Assembly: GCA_947380175.1 (NCBI GenBank)
Contig: CANCPZ010000003.1
Coordinates: forward strand, 1 to 43,619
DNA length: 43,619 nt
From: Bacteroidota bacterium
Lineage (GTDB): Bacteria > Bacteroidota > Bacteroidia > 2-12-FULL-35-15
Direction: 5' to 3'
In this document: positions 9,975 to 19,408 of the stretch, in pieces
How the letters are laid out: every line of letters starts with the position of its first letter
How positions within the stretch are numbered: the first letter of the stretch is position 1
Translations under genes and position numbers: made by a program
Notes under the pieces: model-generated
Seen by the model: the letters and a program-made list of their open reading frames with translations, nothing else
The model's database searches: none
Told to the model about the DNA's origin: nothing

Positions 9975-12080
9975 ATGAAAACAAAATTATTTTTCTTATT
10001 TGCTTTTAGCAGCATAGTGCATGAAATTTCAGCACAAGTAGTCATTCCGAAAGCTATTCCATACTTAGAAACATTTGATGGACTAACATTAACAAATGGT
10101 GCCTCAAGTGCACCGCTCGATTTTATTCAATTAAAAGGGGCGACAGATACAATGCCTACCAGTATCAATATTAATAATTCACCATTTAACACAACTCCGT
10201 TTTCAACAAGCGCATGGGTTACTTCTGTAATTGGGAACGATACAGCAGCTGAGTCTTCGTCTTGGACTAATCCAACAAGCACTGTTGATAGATGGTTGAT
10301 AACACCAGCAATAAATGGCATTACAGCATCGACAATTTTAACATGGGAAGGTTTTGCATCCGACCCGAATTCTCGCGATGGATATGAAGTATGGATATCG
10401 GTTACAGCTGCTAATACATTATTACCAACAAATTTAGATTTTACAAATTTTACAAGTAATAAATTATACAGCCTTTCTGCAGAATCTTCAATTGGCTTTA
10501 CCCCTCATACAGTTTCTTTAGCTGCTTTTGCAAATCAAACCATACGTATTGGGTTCAGAAATAACTCGAACAATAAATTTCATTTATTTATAGATGATAT
10601 ACATATTTTTAACCCTGTTGCTAAGGACGGATCGGTTACTTCAATTAGTATGAATAAATACGTTTTAGCTGGAAGCCAACCGGTTACTGCCACATTTAAA
10701 AACTTAGGAGGAAAAGCGGTAATTACCGACTCATTATCTTATTCTGTTGATGGAGGCACTGCATTTTCACAAGTATTTAACCCCAACATTTCATACAAAG
10801 AAACTTACACCTCAACTTTTTCTTCACAAGCTTATTTAACTGTTGGTTTGCATACTATTAAAGTTTGGGTAAAAGGTATAAATGGAACAGGCCCAGATGC
10901 TAATAAAAGTAATGATACAGCTTCATTTCAGGTTACCACTTTATCTGTTAAACCTGCTAAAAAAGTATTAATCGAAGAATTTACATCAACCTCGTGCGGC
11001 TTTTGTCCAAAAAGTAATTTAACACTAAGCAATTTATCAAGTGCCGACACATCGATTATTGGCGTTGCATTGCATGTTAACGACAGTATGTCAACAGCAG
11101 AAAGTAATGAAGTGATTGGAAATTATTTACCGATAAATAACACCGGAATGATTGATAGAACTTTTAACATTGCTTCAGCGGAATATGCGATAACTGAATC
11201 TCAATGGGGAATAAATGCTACAACGCGAAAAGGCGATGTTGTTCCTGCAACGGTTTCTTTCTCGGCAATTAGTTATAATTCACTTAACAATCAAATAAGT
11301 GTAACTGTAAATGCCAACTTTGTTGGTACAGTAAAAGGCGAGTACGCTATTAACTGTTATGTTACCGAAAACAATGTGTATGGACCATTAAATGACAGCA
11401 GTGATAATGGTTGGAACCAACATAGTTTTTATTATCCCGATCCAACATCACCTTTTTATCAAAAAGGGTATATGCCTATAAGTGGCAATCAAAGCTTAGT
11501 ATACCTTAGACCTTTAGAATACAAACATAACTATGTACTTGATAAAATGTTGGGTGGCGCTTATGGTGATAATGCTGTAATTCCATTAACAGTAATCAAT
11601 GCAGCGCAATCGTTTTCAAAAACATTTACATATACACTACCAAGTGCAGTGGCTAGCTCATACAGATACAATCCTGATAATATTTATTTGGTTGGTATTG
11701 TTGAAGAATACAGTACGGCGTCAAACTCTGATAGAACTATTTTAAATTCTACTCAAAAAAAATTAACAACAAATCCTGAAATGGTTGGGCCTGTTTCTGT
11801 TGAAAGTGTTGAAAAATTTGAATTTGGAACTGTAGCTATTTACCCAAACCCAGCAAGCATTTCAACAAATATTAACATCAATTTAAATAAAATGTCAGGC
11901 ATTGCTGTTGCTATTTACAATACTGTTGGACAAGTTGTATTTTCAGAAAATTTGAATATTTTAAATGAAGGAGAACATTTATTTAATTTAAATACTAGTC
12001 TTTTTGCAAATGGTATTTACAACATTATTATAAAAACTAAAGATAGTTTTTTAACTAAAAAATTGGTAATTAATAAATAG
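9975..12080 (+). CDS. T9SS cargo protein: cleaved-adhesin-like domain, Ig-like domain, Omp28-like thioredoxin-fold domain, type A CTD
   Basis: Signal peptide ending ISA-Q. DRWLITPAI, IRIGFRN and LFIDDI mark an adhesin/choice-of-anchor-J-like domain. KKVLIEEFTSTSCGFCP is Omp28-type with a CxxC. C-terminal IYPNPA...GIYNIII...KKLVINK is a T9SS CTD. Confidence 0.85.
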   Translation: MKTKLFFLFAFSSIVHEISAQVVIPKAIPYLETFDGLTLTNGASSAPLDFIQLKGATDTMPTSININNSPFNTTPFSTSAWVTSVIGNDTAAESSSWTNPTSTVDRWLITPAINGITASTILTWEGFASDPNSRDGYEVWISVTAANTLLPTNLDFTNFTSNKLYSLSAESSIGFTPHTVSLAAFANQTIRIGFRNNSNNKFHLFIDDIHIFNPVAKDGSVTSISMNKYVLAGSQPVTATFKNLGGKAVITDSLSYSVDGGTAFSQVFNPNISYKETYTSTFSSQAYLTVGLHTIKVWVKGINGTGPDANKSNDTASFQVTTLSVKPAKKVLIEEFTSTSCGFCPKSNLTLSNLSSADTSIIGVALHVNDSMSTAESNEVIGNYLPINNTGMIDRTFNIASAEYAITESQWGINATTRKGDVVPATVSFSAISYNSLNNQISVTVNANFVGTVKGEYAINCYVTENNVYGPLNDSSDNGWNQHSFYYPDPTSPFYQKGYMPISGNQSLVYLRPLEYKHNYVLDKMLGGAYGDNAVIPLTVINAAQSFSKTFTYTLPSAVASSYRYNPDNIYLVGIVEEYSTASNSDRTILNSTQKKLTTNPEMVGPVSVESVEKFEFGTVAIYPNPASISTNININLNKMSGIAVAIYNTVGQVVFSENLNILNEGEHLFNLNTSLFANGIYNIIIKTKDSFLTKKLVINK

Positions 12081-12136
12081 GGGTGTAAATTAATTATCTA
12101 CTGCTTCATAGTATTTTCAAAGCATGTTGCAATCAA

Positions 12137-12189
12137 TCTAAAAATACAAAGCTCTAAAGAGAATATCTTTAGAGCTTTGTATTTTTAGA
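12137..12189. terminator. Bidirectional terminator-like hairpin
   Basis: Perfect 24-bp stem TCTAAAAATACAAAGCTCTAAAGA / TCTTTAGAGCTTTGTATTTTTAGA with a 5-nt loop, between convergent genes. Confidence 0.8.
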
Positions 12190-12223
12190 AATCGTTGGAA
12201 TGATTTTTTAAAAATTAAACTAA

Positions 12224-12949
12224 TCAAATCCCAAATACATTGCATGCTTGTTCGGCAACCATTTGCTCAGCTCGTTTTTTTGAAAAATGTTGTGCTTTGC
12301 CAATAATTTCTGTCTCTACTATTAAATGTAATAAATATTGTTTGTCAACCGATGATACTCCATTTTCAATAGTTTCAAAGCTAAATTCCTTTTTTTCTTT
12401 TTGAACCCATTCAATAAATTTACTTTTAAAATCTATTTCTTTAGTTTCTATTTCATCCATATCAATGTGGGTATTGATAATGCGTTTTAATAAATAATCC
12501 TGAACAAAATCAAATCCTTTATCTAAATATATAGCTCCGATTAACGCCTCATATGCATCACCATAAATGGAGTTTGGTACACTACCAAAACGATTGTTAT
12601 TCGATTCGATAAATGTTTTTAATCCTAATTTTAATGCAAGCTGATTATGCATATTGCGACTAACCATTTTAGAGCGAAGCTTCGTTAAAAATCCTTCATC
12701 TTTGAAAGGGAATTTTTTAAATAAATAATCGGCAACAATAGTTCCTATAACCGAGTCACCCAAAAATTCAAGGCGCTCATTGCTATCTTTTATTCCTTTT
12801 TGGATTTCTTGCGCTGCAGAACTATGGCGAAATGCGAGTTTATATAAATTTATGTTAGTAGGATAAAATCCAAGGACATTATGCAACGATTCGTGAAATT
12901 TTTTATCTGCTGAAAGGTGTACCCTTAAAGGTTTTAAGAAAAAAGACAA
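12224..12949 (-). CDS. rnc: Ribonuclease III
   Basis: NERLEFLGDSV signature, GDAYEALIGAIYLDKG, and a C-terminal dsRBD (SKKRAEQ). Confidence 0.97.
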   Translation of the reverse strand: MSFFLKPLRVHLSADKKFHESLHNVLGFYPTNINLYKLAFRHSSAAQEIQKGIKDSNERLEFLGDSVIGTIVADYLFKKFPFKDEGFLTKLRSKMVSRNMHNQLALKLGLKTFIESNNNRFGSVPNSIYGDAYEALIGAIYLDKGFDFVQDYLLKRIINTHIDMDEIETKEIDFKSKFIEWVQKEKKEFSFETIENGVSSVDKQYLLHLIVETEIIGKAQHFSKKRAEQMVAEQACNVFGI

Positions 12950-13060
12950 ATTAAGTAATTATTTGATTTGCTGATTATTAATTAGCTGATTTGCGAAATT
13001 TTTAATCTTTAAACCTACCAATTCATAAGTAAAATAACACATTGGTAAATTGGCAAATCA

Positions 13061-14317
13061 TTAAGGAATATATTTTTTTACAATAACAGAAGCATTGTGT
13101 CCACCAAAACCAAATGTATTGCTCAAAGCTGCACGCACAATACGTTTTTGTGGCTTATGGAATGTAAAATTTAATTTATTATCCAAAGTTGGATCGTCAT
13201 TAAAATGATTAATTGTAGGAGGGATAATGTCATTTTGTACTGCAAGGATACAAGCCATTGCCTCAATAGCACCAGCAGCACCAAGCAAATGACCTGTCAT
13301 GGATTTTGTTGAACTGATATTTAATTTATATGCGTGTTCAGCAAAAACACCAAGTATGGCTTTTGTTTCAGCAACATCTCCCAAAGGAGTAGATGTTCCA
13401 TGAACATTCACATAATCGATTTCATCGGCATTCATATCTGCATCTTTCAATGCATTACGCATTACATTCAATGCGCCTAATCCTTCTGGATGAGGAGCGG
13501 TAATATGATTTGCATCTGCAGTCATTCCACCACCTGCAACTTCAGCATAAATTTTTGCACCTCGTTTTATAGCATGGTCTAAATCTTCCAAAATAATACA
13601 ACCTGCTCCTTCACCTAAAACAAATCCATCACGATCCGCATCAAACGGACGAGATGCAGTTTCTGGAGAATCATTACGAGTAGAGAGTGCATGCATCGCA
13701 TTAAAACCACCAACACCCGCTTCGCAAACTGCAGCTTCAGAACCTCCAGCTACAATAATATCAGCCTTACCTAATCTAATATAAGTTAATGCATCAATTA
13801 AAGAATTGGTTCCAGAGGCACAAGCAGAAACGGTTGTAAAGTTTGGACCACGCATTCCAAAACGAATTGAGATATGACCTGAACAAATATCAGCTATCAT
13901 TTTAGGAATAAAGAAAGGATTAAAACGAGGCGTTCCGTCACCTTTGGAAAAATTAAAACACTCATCTTGAAATGTTTGTAATCCACCAATTCCAGAACCC
14001 CAAATAACACCTGCTCTATCCGGATCAAAGGCATTTTCGCCATCTAATCCAGCATCTTTCATTGCTTGAATAGATGAACATAAACCATATTGGGAAAATG
14101 GGTCAAGCTTGCGAGCTTCTTTACGATCTAAATAATCTTCTACATTAAACCCTTTTACTTCACAAGCAAATTGTGTTTTAAATTTAGAAGCGTCAAAACG
14201 AGTAATAGGCGCAGCTCCGCTAACACCGTTTAGAAGGGCATTCCAGTAATCTGAAACATTGTTTCCAAGTGGTGTAATAGCACCAAGTCCTGTAACTACT
14301 ACTCGTTTAAATTCCAT
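13061..14317 (-). CDS. fabF: 3-oxoacyl-ACP synthase II
   Basis: Motifs RVVVTGLG, VSACASG, VHGTSTPLGD, KSMTGHLLGAAG and SNTFGFGGHN. Confidence 0.97.
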   Translation of the reverse strand: MEFKRVVVTGLGAITPLGNNVSDYWNALLNGVSGAAPITRFDASKFKTQFACEVKGFNVEDYLDRKEARKLDPFSQYGLCSSIQAMKDAGLDGENAFDPDRAGVIWGSGIGGLQTFQDECFNFSKGDGTPRFNPFFIPKMIADICSGHISIRFGMRGPNFTTVSACASGTNSLIDALTYIRLGKADIIVAGGSEAAVCEAGVGGFNAMHALSTRNDSPETASRPFDADRDGFVLGEGAGCIILEDLDHAIKRGAKIYAEVAGGGMTADANHITAPHPEGLGALNVMRNALKDADMNADEIDYVNVHGTSTPLGDVAETKAILGVFAEHAYKLNISSTKSMTGHLLGAAGAIEAMACILAVQNDIIPPTINHFNDDPTLDNKLNFTFHKPQKRIVRAALSNTFGFGGHNASVIVKKYIP

Positions 14318-14336
14318 AAAATAAATTATTTACGAA

Positions 14337-14573
14337 TTATTTAGCGTTTGCTTCAATATATGTAACTGCATCTCCAACCGTAGCGATTTTTTCTGCTTGG
14401 TCATCTGGAATAGCAATGTTAAATTCTTTTTCAAATTCCATGATTAATTCTACAGTATCTAAAGAATCTGCTCCTAAATCCTTGGTCAAGCTAGCTGTTG
14501 GTGTTACTTCTTTTTCGTCAACTCCTAATTTGTCTACGATAATAGCTTTTACTTTTGTTGCAATGTCTGACAT
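14337..14573 (-). CDS. acpP: Acyl carrier protein
   Basis: 78 aa with [14 protein letters not shown]. Confidence 0.98.
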   Translation of the reverse strand: MSDIATKVKAIIVDKLGVDEKEVTPTASLTKDLGADSLDTVELIMEFEKEFNIAIPDDQAEKIATVGDAVTYIEANAK

Positions 14574-14604
14574 TATTTTAAATATTTTTGGGTTAATTTT
14601 GATG

Positions 14605-14612
14605 CAAAGATA
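14605..14612 (-). promoter_or_regulatory. -7 promoter element for acpP-fabF-rnc
   Basis: TATCTTTG, an exact TAnnTTTG match, 31 nt upstream of acpP. Confidence 0.65.
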
Positions 14613-14775
14613 TAGTTATATGTATAAATACAAAAAAATATGCTAAAATTCATTACTCTTTAGCCAACATTTTATATATACAACTGAATTTCAGCAACTT
14701 AAAACAAATAAAACAATTGTTTATATCTATAAAATTATAATTAACGATTAGGAACTTAATTAAAGCTATTAAAAG

Positions 14776-14783
14776 TAATTTCG
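14776..14783 (+). promoter_or_regulatory. -7 promoter element for purN
   Basis: TAATTTCG, 8 nt before the ATG. Confidence 0.5.
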
Positions 14784-14791
14784 CATCGATA

Positions 14792-15358
14792 ATGAAAAAA
14801 AACATCGCCATTTTTGCCTCAGGAGAAGGAACAAATGCTCAATCTATAATAGATTATTTTAAACAATCAACACTTGCTGATGTTAAATTGATAGTATCTA
14901 ATAATCCCAAAGCAAATGTGTTAAATCGTGCAAAACAGTTTGGTGTTGATACGTTTATCATTAATCGGAATTCGTTTTATGAAAGCGATTATGTAATTAA
15001 AAAATTAAAAAACAACAACATCGATTTAATTGTGTTGGCAGGTTTTTTATGGATGATTCCTGAAAATTTAGTGAACGCATTTCCTGATCAGGTTGTTAAT
15101 ATTCACCCTGCTTTATTGCCGAAATATGGAGGTAAGGGTATGTACGGAATGAATGTTCACAAGGCCGTAATCGAAAACAAAGAAAAGGAAAGTGGTGTTT
15201 CCATACATTATATAAACGAACATTATGACGAAGGAAAAATAATTTCGCAACACCGATGTCATATTTCAGAAAATGAAACACCAGAAACGTTAGCCGAAAA
15301 AATTCATCTTTTAGAACAAGCTTTTTTTGCAAAAACCATTGAAAAATTATTCTTGTAA
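14792..15358 (+). CDS. purN: Phosphoribosylglycinamide formyltransferase
   Basis: Motifs IAIFASGEGTNA, LIVLAGF, NIHPALLPKYGG and YDEGKII. Confidence 0.95.
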   Translation: MKKNIAIFASGEGTNAQSIIDYFKQSTLADVKLIVSNNPKANVLNRAKQFGVDTFIINRNSFYESDYVIKKLKNNNIDLIVLAGFLWMIPENLVNAFPDQVVNIHPALLPKYGGKGMYGMNVHKAVIENKEKESGVSIHYINEHYDEGKIISQHRCHISENETPETLAEKIHLLEQAFFAKTIEKLFL

Positions 15359-15462
15359 AAAACTTTACTAAAAAAATAGAGCGAGTAAGGTAAATTAATA
15401 TTATTAACGATTTAGCTCAAACACAAATTCGTAAATTCGTAAAAATTAGTAATCCACAAAAA

Positions 15463-16029
15463 ATGAATTTTAATTTTAGAGAAATTGCAACCATTAGCAT
15501 GATATTGTTTGCAGTAATAGATGTGATTGGGTCCTTACCGGTAATAATTGATTTACAAGGGAAGCATGGCAAAATAAAATCGGAAAAGGCCACGGTGGTT
15601 TCGGGTGTAATTATGATTGTATTTATGTTTATTGGCGAACAAATTTTAAACCTAATAGGTATTGATGTAAGTTCGTTTGCCATAGCAGGTTCGTTTATTA
15701 TTTTCTTTTTAGCACTTGAAATGATTTTAGGAATTAAATTTTATAAAGAAGAAACAGCATCAACAGCATCGGTTGTTCCTATTGCCTTTCCACTGATTGC
15801 GGGAACAGGAACATTAACTACACTTCTTTCGATTAGAGCCGAGTATAAAGTAGAAAATATTATTGTCGCCATTTTGGTAAACTTAGTTTTTGTATACATT
15901 GTTTTAAGAAACACCTATCGCTTAGAAAAAATTTTAGGTGTTGGCGGAATCAATATTTTACGAAAAGTATTTGGTGTTATTTTATTAGCCATTGCTGTGA
16001 AGTTGTTTAGGACGCATGCGGGAGTTTGA
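15463..16029 (+). CDS. MarC family inner-membrane protein
   Basis: Hydrophobic 188 aa with SFAIAGS, VVPIAFPLIAG and ILRKVFGVILLAIAV. Confidence 0.9.
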   Translation: MNFNFREIATISMILFAVIDVIGSLPVIIDLQGKHGKIKSEKATVVSGVIMIVFMFIGEQILNLIGIDVSSFAIAGSFIIFFLALEMILGIKFYKEETASTASVVPIAFPLIAGTGTLTTLLSIRAEYKVENIIVAILVNLVFVYIVLRNTYRLEKILGVGGINILRKVFGVILLAIAVKLFRTHAGV

Positions 16030-16114
16030 CACCCTGATTATTGAAGTAGAGATGTACTAATTAAAATAACTACTTTTTCTTTTAAAAAATGATACAATTT
16101 TTCAATCCCTATAA

Positions 16115-16591
16115 ATGATTAAAATATATACAGACGGTGCATCTCGTGGAAACCCTGGCCCTGGGGGATTTGGAGTGGTGATGATTTATGGAGATTTGCG
16201 TAAAGAAATTTCGGAAGGTTTTCGTTTAACAACCAATAACCGAATGGAATTATTAAGCGTTATTGTTGCTTTGGAATCCTTAAAAAAAGAAGACACTACA
16301 GTTACTATTTATTCCGATTCGAAATATGTGGTTGATTCTGTTGAGTTAAAATGGGTTTTTGGCTGGGAGAAAAAACATTTTAAAGACAAAAAAAACCCCG
16401 ATTTATGGAAACGTTTTCTGGATATTTATAGAAAACAAAATGTAAAATTTGTTTGGGTAAAAGGGCACGCATCCAATAAAGAAAATAATCGCTGCGATGA
16501 ATTAGCTGTAGAAGCGGCTATGGGCAAAGGATTGAAAATTGACCATGGTTATGAAGATGAAAAGAAAAAAGAGAATTCTAAATTAATATAG
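16115..16591 (+). CDS. rnhA: Ribonuclease HI
   Basis: Motifs IYTDGASRGNPGPGG, TTNNRMEL, SDSKYV, WVKGH and NNRCDELA. Confidence 0.96.
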   Translation: MIKIYTDGASRGNPGPGGFGVVMIYGDLRKEISEGFRLTTNNRMELLSVIVALESLKKEDTTVTIYSDSKYVVDSVELKWVFGWEKKHFKDKKNPDLWKRFLDIYRKQNVKFVWVKGHASNKENNRCDELAVEAAMGKGLKIDHGYEDEKKKENSKLI

Positions 16592-16621
16592 AATCCTCTT
16601 TCGATAAATTAAAATTGTTTT

Positions 16622-17410
16622 TTACAAACTTCCCGTCCTTCCGCCATCCACCGGAACATTAATTCCGGTAATGTAAGAAGCTGCTGGTGATGCTAAAAAA
16701 GCCACAGCATTAGCTATTTCGGAAGAATCAGCAAAACGACCTAATGGAATTTCTTTTTCCATTTCATTTTTAATTTCGTTTAATGATTCGCCTGTGTTAT
16801 TTGATTTATTTTCGATAATACTTTGTAAGCGACCAGTAAACGTAGCACCCGGAAGTACATTATTTACTGTTATTCCAAATGATGCCACTTCGTTTGCTAA
16901 TGTTTTACTCCAATTAGCAACAGCTGCACGAATGGTGTTAGATACACCTAAATTTTTTAGTGGTATTTTTACTGATGTACTGATAATATTGATAACACGG
17001 CCATATTTTTCTTTTTTCATTCCATCTAAAACAGCTTGTACCAAAATATGATTGCACACCAAATGATTATTGAAAGCTTGTAAAAACTCCTCTACCTTTG
17101 CATTCTGAATCAAGCCACTCGGCGGGCCGCCTGTGTTGTTTAACAATATATGAACAACACCATTCGCTGCAATAAAACTTTCTACTTTTTCTTTTAATTG
17201 ATTTGGTTGTTGAAAATCGGCACATAAAAAATTATGTTTTTGTCCTTTAGAAACATCTAAATCTTTTAATGCAGCTTTTAATGATTCTTCGTTACGTGCC
17301 ACTAAAACAACATTTGCTCCAAGTAGCGCAAGTTCAATAGCCGAAGCTTTTCCAATACCTTGTGTACTTCCGCATACAAGAGCCGTTTTTCCTGTTAAAT
17401 CTAAATTCAT
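16622..17410 (-). CDS. SDR family oxidoreductase, atypical (BKR-like) subgroup
   Basis: CGSTQGIG nucleotide-binding motif, NNTGGPP and YITGINVPVDGG. The catalytic YxxxK is replaced by SNTIR. Confidence 0.88.
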   Translation of the reverse strand: MNLDLTGKTALVCGSTQGIGKASAIELALLGANVVLVARNEESLKAALKDLDVSKGQKHNFLCADFQQPNQLKEKVESFIAANGVVHILLNNTGGPPSGLIQNAKVEEFLQAFNNHLVCNHILVQAVLDGMKKEKYGRVINIISTSVKIPLKNLGVSNTIRAAVANWSKTLANEVASFGITVNNVLPGATFTGRLQSIIENKSNNTGESLNEIKNEMEKEIPLGRFADSSEIANAVAFLASPAASYITGINVPVDGGRTGSL

Positions 17411-17414
17411 GTGG

Positions 17415-17422
17415 CAAAGATA
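17415..17422 (-). promoter_or_regulatory. -7 promoter element abutting the SDR start codon
   Basis: TATCTTTG-CCAC-ATG on the minus strand. Confidence 0.6.
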
Positions 17423-17445
17423 AGAATAATGGTGAGGTCAAAAAA

Positions 17446-18819
17446 TTATCCGAACAACAAACTAAACACCTCTTCAATCTTACCAACCATGGTAATTTTG
17501 ATGTGATAATTTTTTAATTCTAATCCTTTTTTATTATATTTGGAAATAAAAATATGCTCGAAGCCTAATTTTTCTGCTTCTGAAATACGTTGATCAATTC
17601 GGTTTACAGGACGTATCTCACCACTCAAACCTACCTCGCCGGCAAAACAAACTTTTGGAGATATTGGCATATCTTCATTACTAGAAAGTACTGCACATAC
17701 CAAAGCTAAATCGATCCCCGGATCTTCTACTTTTATTCCACCAGCAATATTTAAAAACACATCTTTTACACCTAATCTAAACCCACAACGTTTTTCTAAA
17801 ACAGCTAATAACATTGCTAATCTACGCAAATCGAATCCTGTTGACGAACGCTGAGGGGTACCATAAGCAGCGCTACTTACCAAAGCCTGCGTTTCAATCA
17901 ACATAGGTCTTAAGCCCTCCATTGTTGCAGCAATAGCAACACCACTAACTAACTCTTCACGCGCTGTAATTAATATTTCAGAAGGATTACTTACTTCGCG
18001 TAAGCCACTACCTTGCATTTCATAAATTCCTAATTCGTTGGTGGATCCAAAACGATTTTTAGTTGTCCGCAATAATCGATATACATGATTTCTATCGCCT
18101 TCAAATTGCAAAACAGTATCCACCATGTGTTCTAAAACCTTTGGCCCTGCAAGGCTTCCGTCTTTTGTAATATGACCAATCAAAAAAACAGCTGTTCCAC
18201 TTTCTTTTGCATAACGCATTAACTCCGAAGTACATTCACGTATTTGTGAAACACTACCCGGAGACGATTCGATATGAGCGGAATGTAACGTTTGAATAGA
18301 ATCCACAATTAAAAAATTGGGTTCTAAAATTTCTATTTGTTTAAAAATATTTTGAGTAGCTGTTTCGGTAAGAATGTAACAATTCGGATTGTTTATTCCA
18401 ATACGTTCGGCACGCATGCGAATTTGTTGTTCGCTCTCTTCGCCTGACACATATAGTACTTTCAGGTTTTTCATATTGAGTGCAACCTGCAGCATCAAGG
18501 TTGATTTACCTATACCAGGTTCGCCACCAAATAAAATTAATGAACCAGGAACCAATCCACCACCAAGCACTCTAGATAGTTCTTCATCATAAATAGGAAT
18601 ACGGTATTGTTCTGATAAACTTATTTCATTTATCAATTGAGGTTTTGTAGCACGTTGTGTACTTGTATTTAAAATACCTGGAGTTTTCGCATCCTCTCCT
18701 TTTGAAACAATCTCTTCAACATATGTATTCCATTCGTTACAAGCGGGGCACTTGCCAATCCATTTGCCGGATTGAGCACCACAGCTCTGACAAAAATATG
18801 TTGTTTTAGTTTTGGCCAT
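17446..18819 (-). CDS. radA: DNA repair protein RadA/Sms
   Basis: C4 zinc finger CQSC...CPAC, Walker A GEPGIGKST, KNRFG motif and a Lon-like C-terminus. Start reassigned to MAKTK at 18819. Confidence 0.97.
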   Translation of the reverse strand: MAKTKTTYFCQSCGAQSGKWIGKCPACNEWNTYVEEIVSKGEDAKTPGILNTSTQRATKPQLINEISLSEQYRIPIYDEELSRVLGGGLVPGSLILFGGEPGIGKSTLMLQVALNMKNLKVLYVSGEESEQQIRMRAERIGINNPNCYILTETATQNIFKQIEILEPNFLIVDSIQTLHSAHIESSPGSVSQIRECTSELMRYAKESGTAVFLIGHITKDGSLAGPKVLEHMVDTVLQFEGDRNHVYRLLRTTKNRFGSTNELGIYEMQGSGLREVSNPSEILITAREELVSGVAIAATMEGLRPMLIETQALVSSAAYGTPQRSSTGFDLRRLAMLLAVLEKRCGFRLGVKDVFLNIAGGIKVEDPGIDLALVCAVLSSNEDMPISPKVCFAGEVGLSGEIRPVNRIDQRISEAEKLGFEHIFISKYNKKGLELKNYHIKITMVGKIEEVFSLLFG

Positions 18820-18860
18820 TATTTTCAATTGGCAATTGTGCAACAATACATTACACTTTG

Positions 18861-19406
18861 TTAATTTGATTTTATTTTTTGTTCAATAGCTGTTGTAGAA
18901 AAACCATCTAAAAATTCAATTGTTTTTACTTCGCCTCCATTTGCTTTCACACTATCCGAACCTACAATGTATTTTTTGCTTTGCGCATTTGTTTCGTTTG
19001 CATCGTAATCAGCTCCTTTTACAAGCACATTGGGTTTAATAAAATCGATTAACGACAAAGGGGTTTGTTCATCAAAAATAATTACTGCACTTACAAAATG
19101 TAACGATGCCATTATCATTGCACGCGAATGTTCGTCTTGCAATGGGCGAGCAGCTCCTTTATTTAAGAGCTTTACAGAAGCGTCACTATTAATTCCAACA
19201 ATAAGTATATTGCCTAAATCAGATGCTTTTGCAAGATAATCAATATGTCCACGATGAATTATATCAAAACACCCATTTGTAAAAACAATTTTTTGTTCTT
19301 TAAATTGCAATATTCTTAATGGTTTTAAAAAGGTTTCTAATGTAAAAATTTTAGAATCTATTATTTCTAACGCCAGTGGTTTTTTAGAATTTATTGGTGC
19401 GTTCAT
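18861..19406 (-). CDS. rfaE2: Stand-alone D-glycero-beta-D-manno-heptose-1-phosphate adenylyltransferase (RfaE domain II / HldC-like)
   Basis: Motifs VFTNGCFDIIHRGH, VGINSDASV, LVKGADY and GFSTT. Confidence 0.85.
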   Translation of the reverse strand: MNAPINSKKPLALEIIDSKIFTLETFLKPLRILQFKEQKIVFTNGCFDIIHRGHIDYLAKASDLGNILIVGINSDASVKLLNKGAARPLQDEHSRAMIMASLHFVSAVIIFDEQTPLSLIDFIKPNVLVKGADYDANETNAQSKKYIVGSDSVKANGGEVKTIEFLDGFSTTAIEQKIKSN

Positions 19407-19408
19407 AA

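Noticed and set aside
16115-16591. RNase H as a sign of a retroelement or defence system
   Set aside because: It is an ordinary stand-alone RNase HI with no RT, integrase or repeats nearby.
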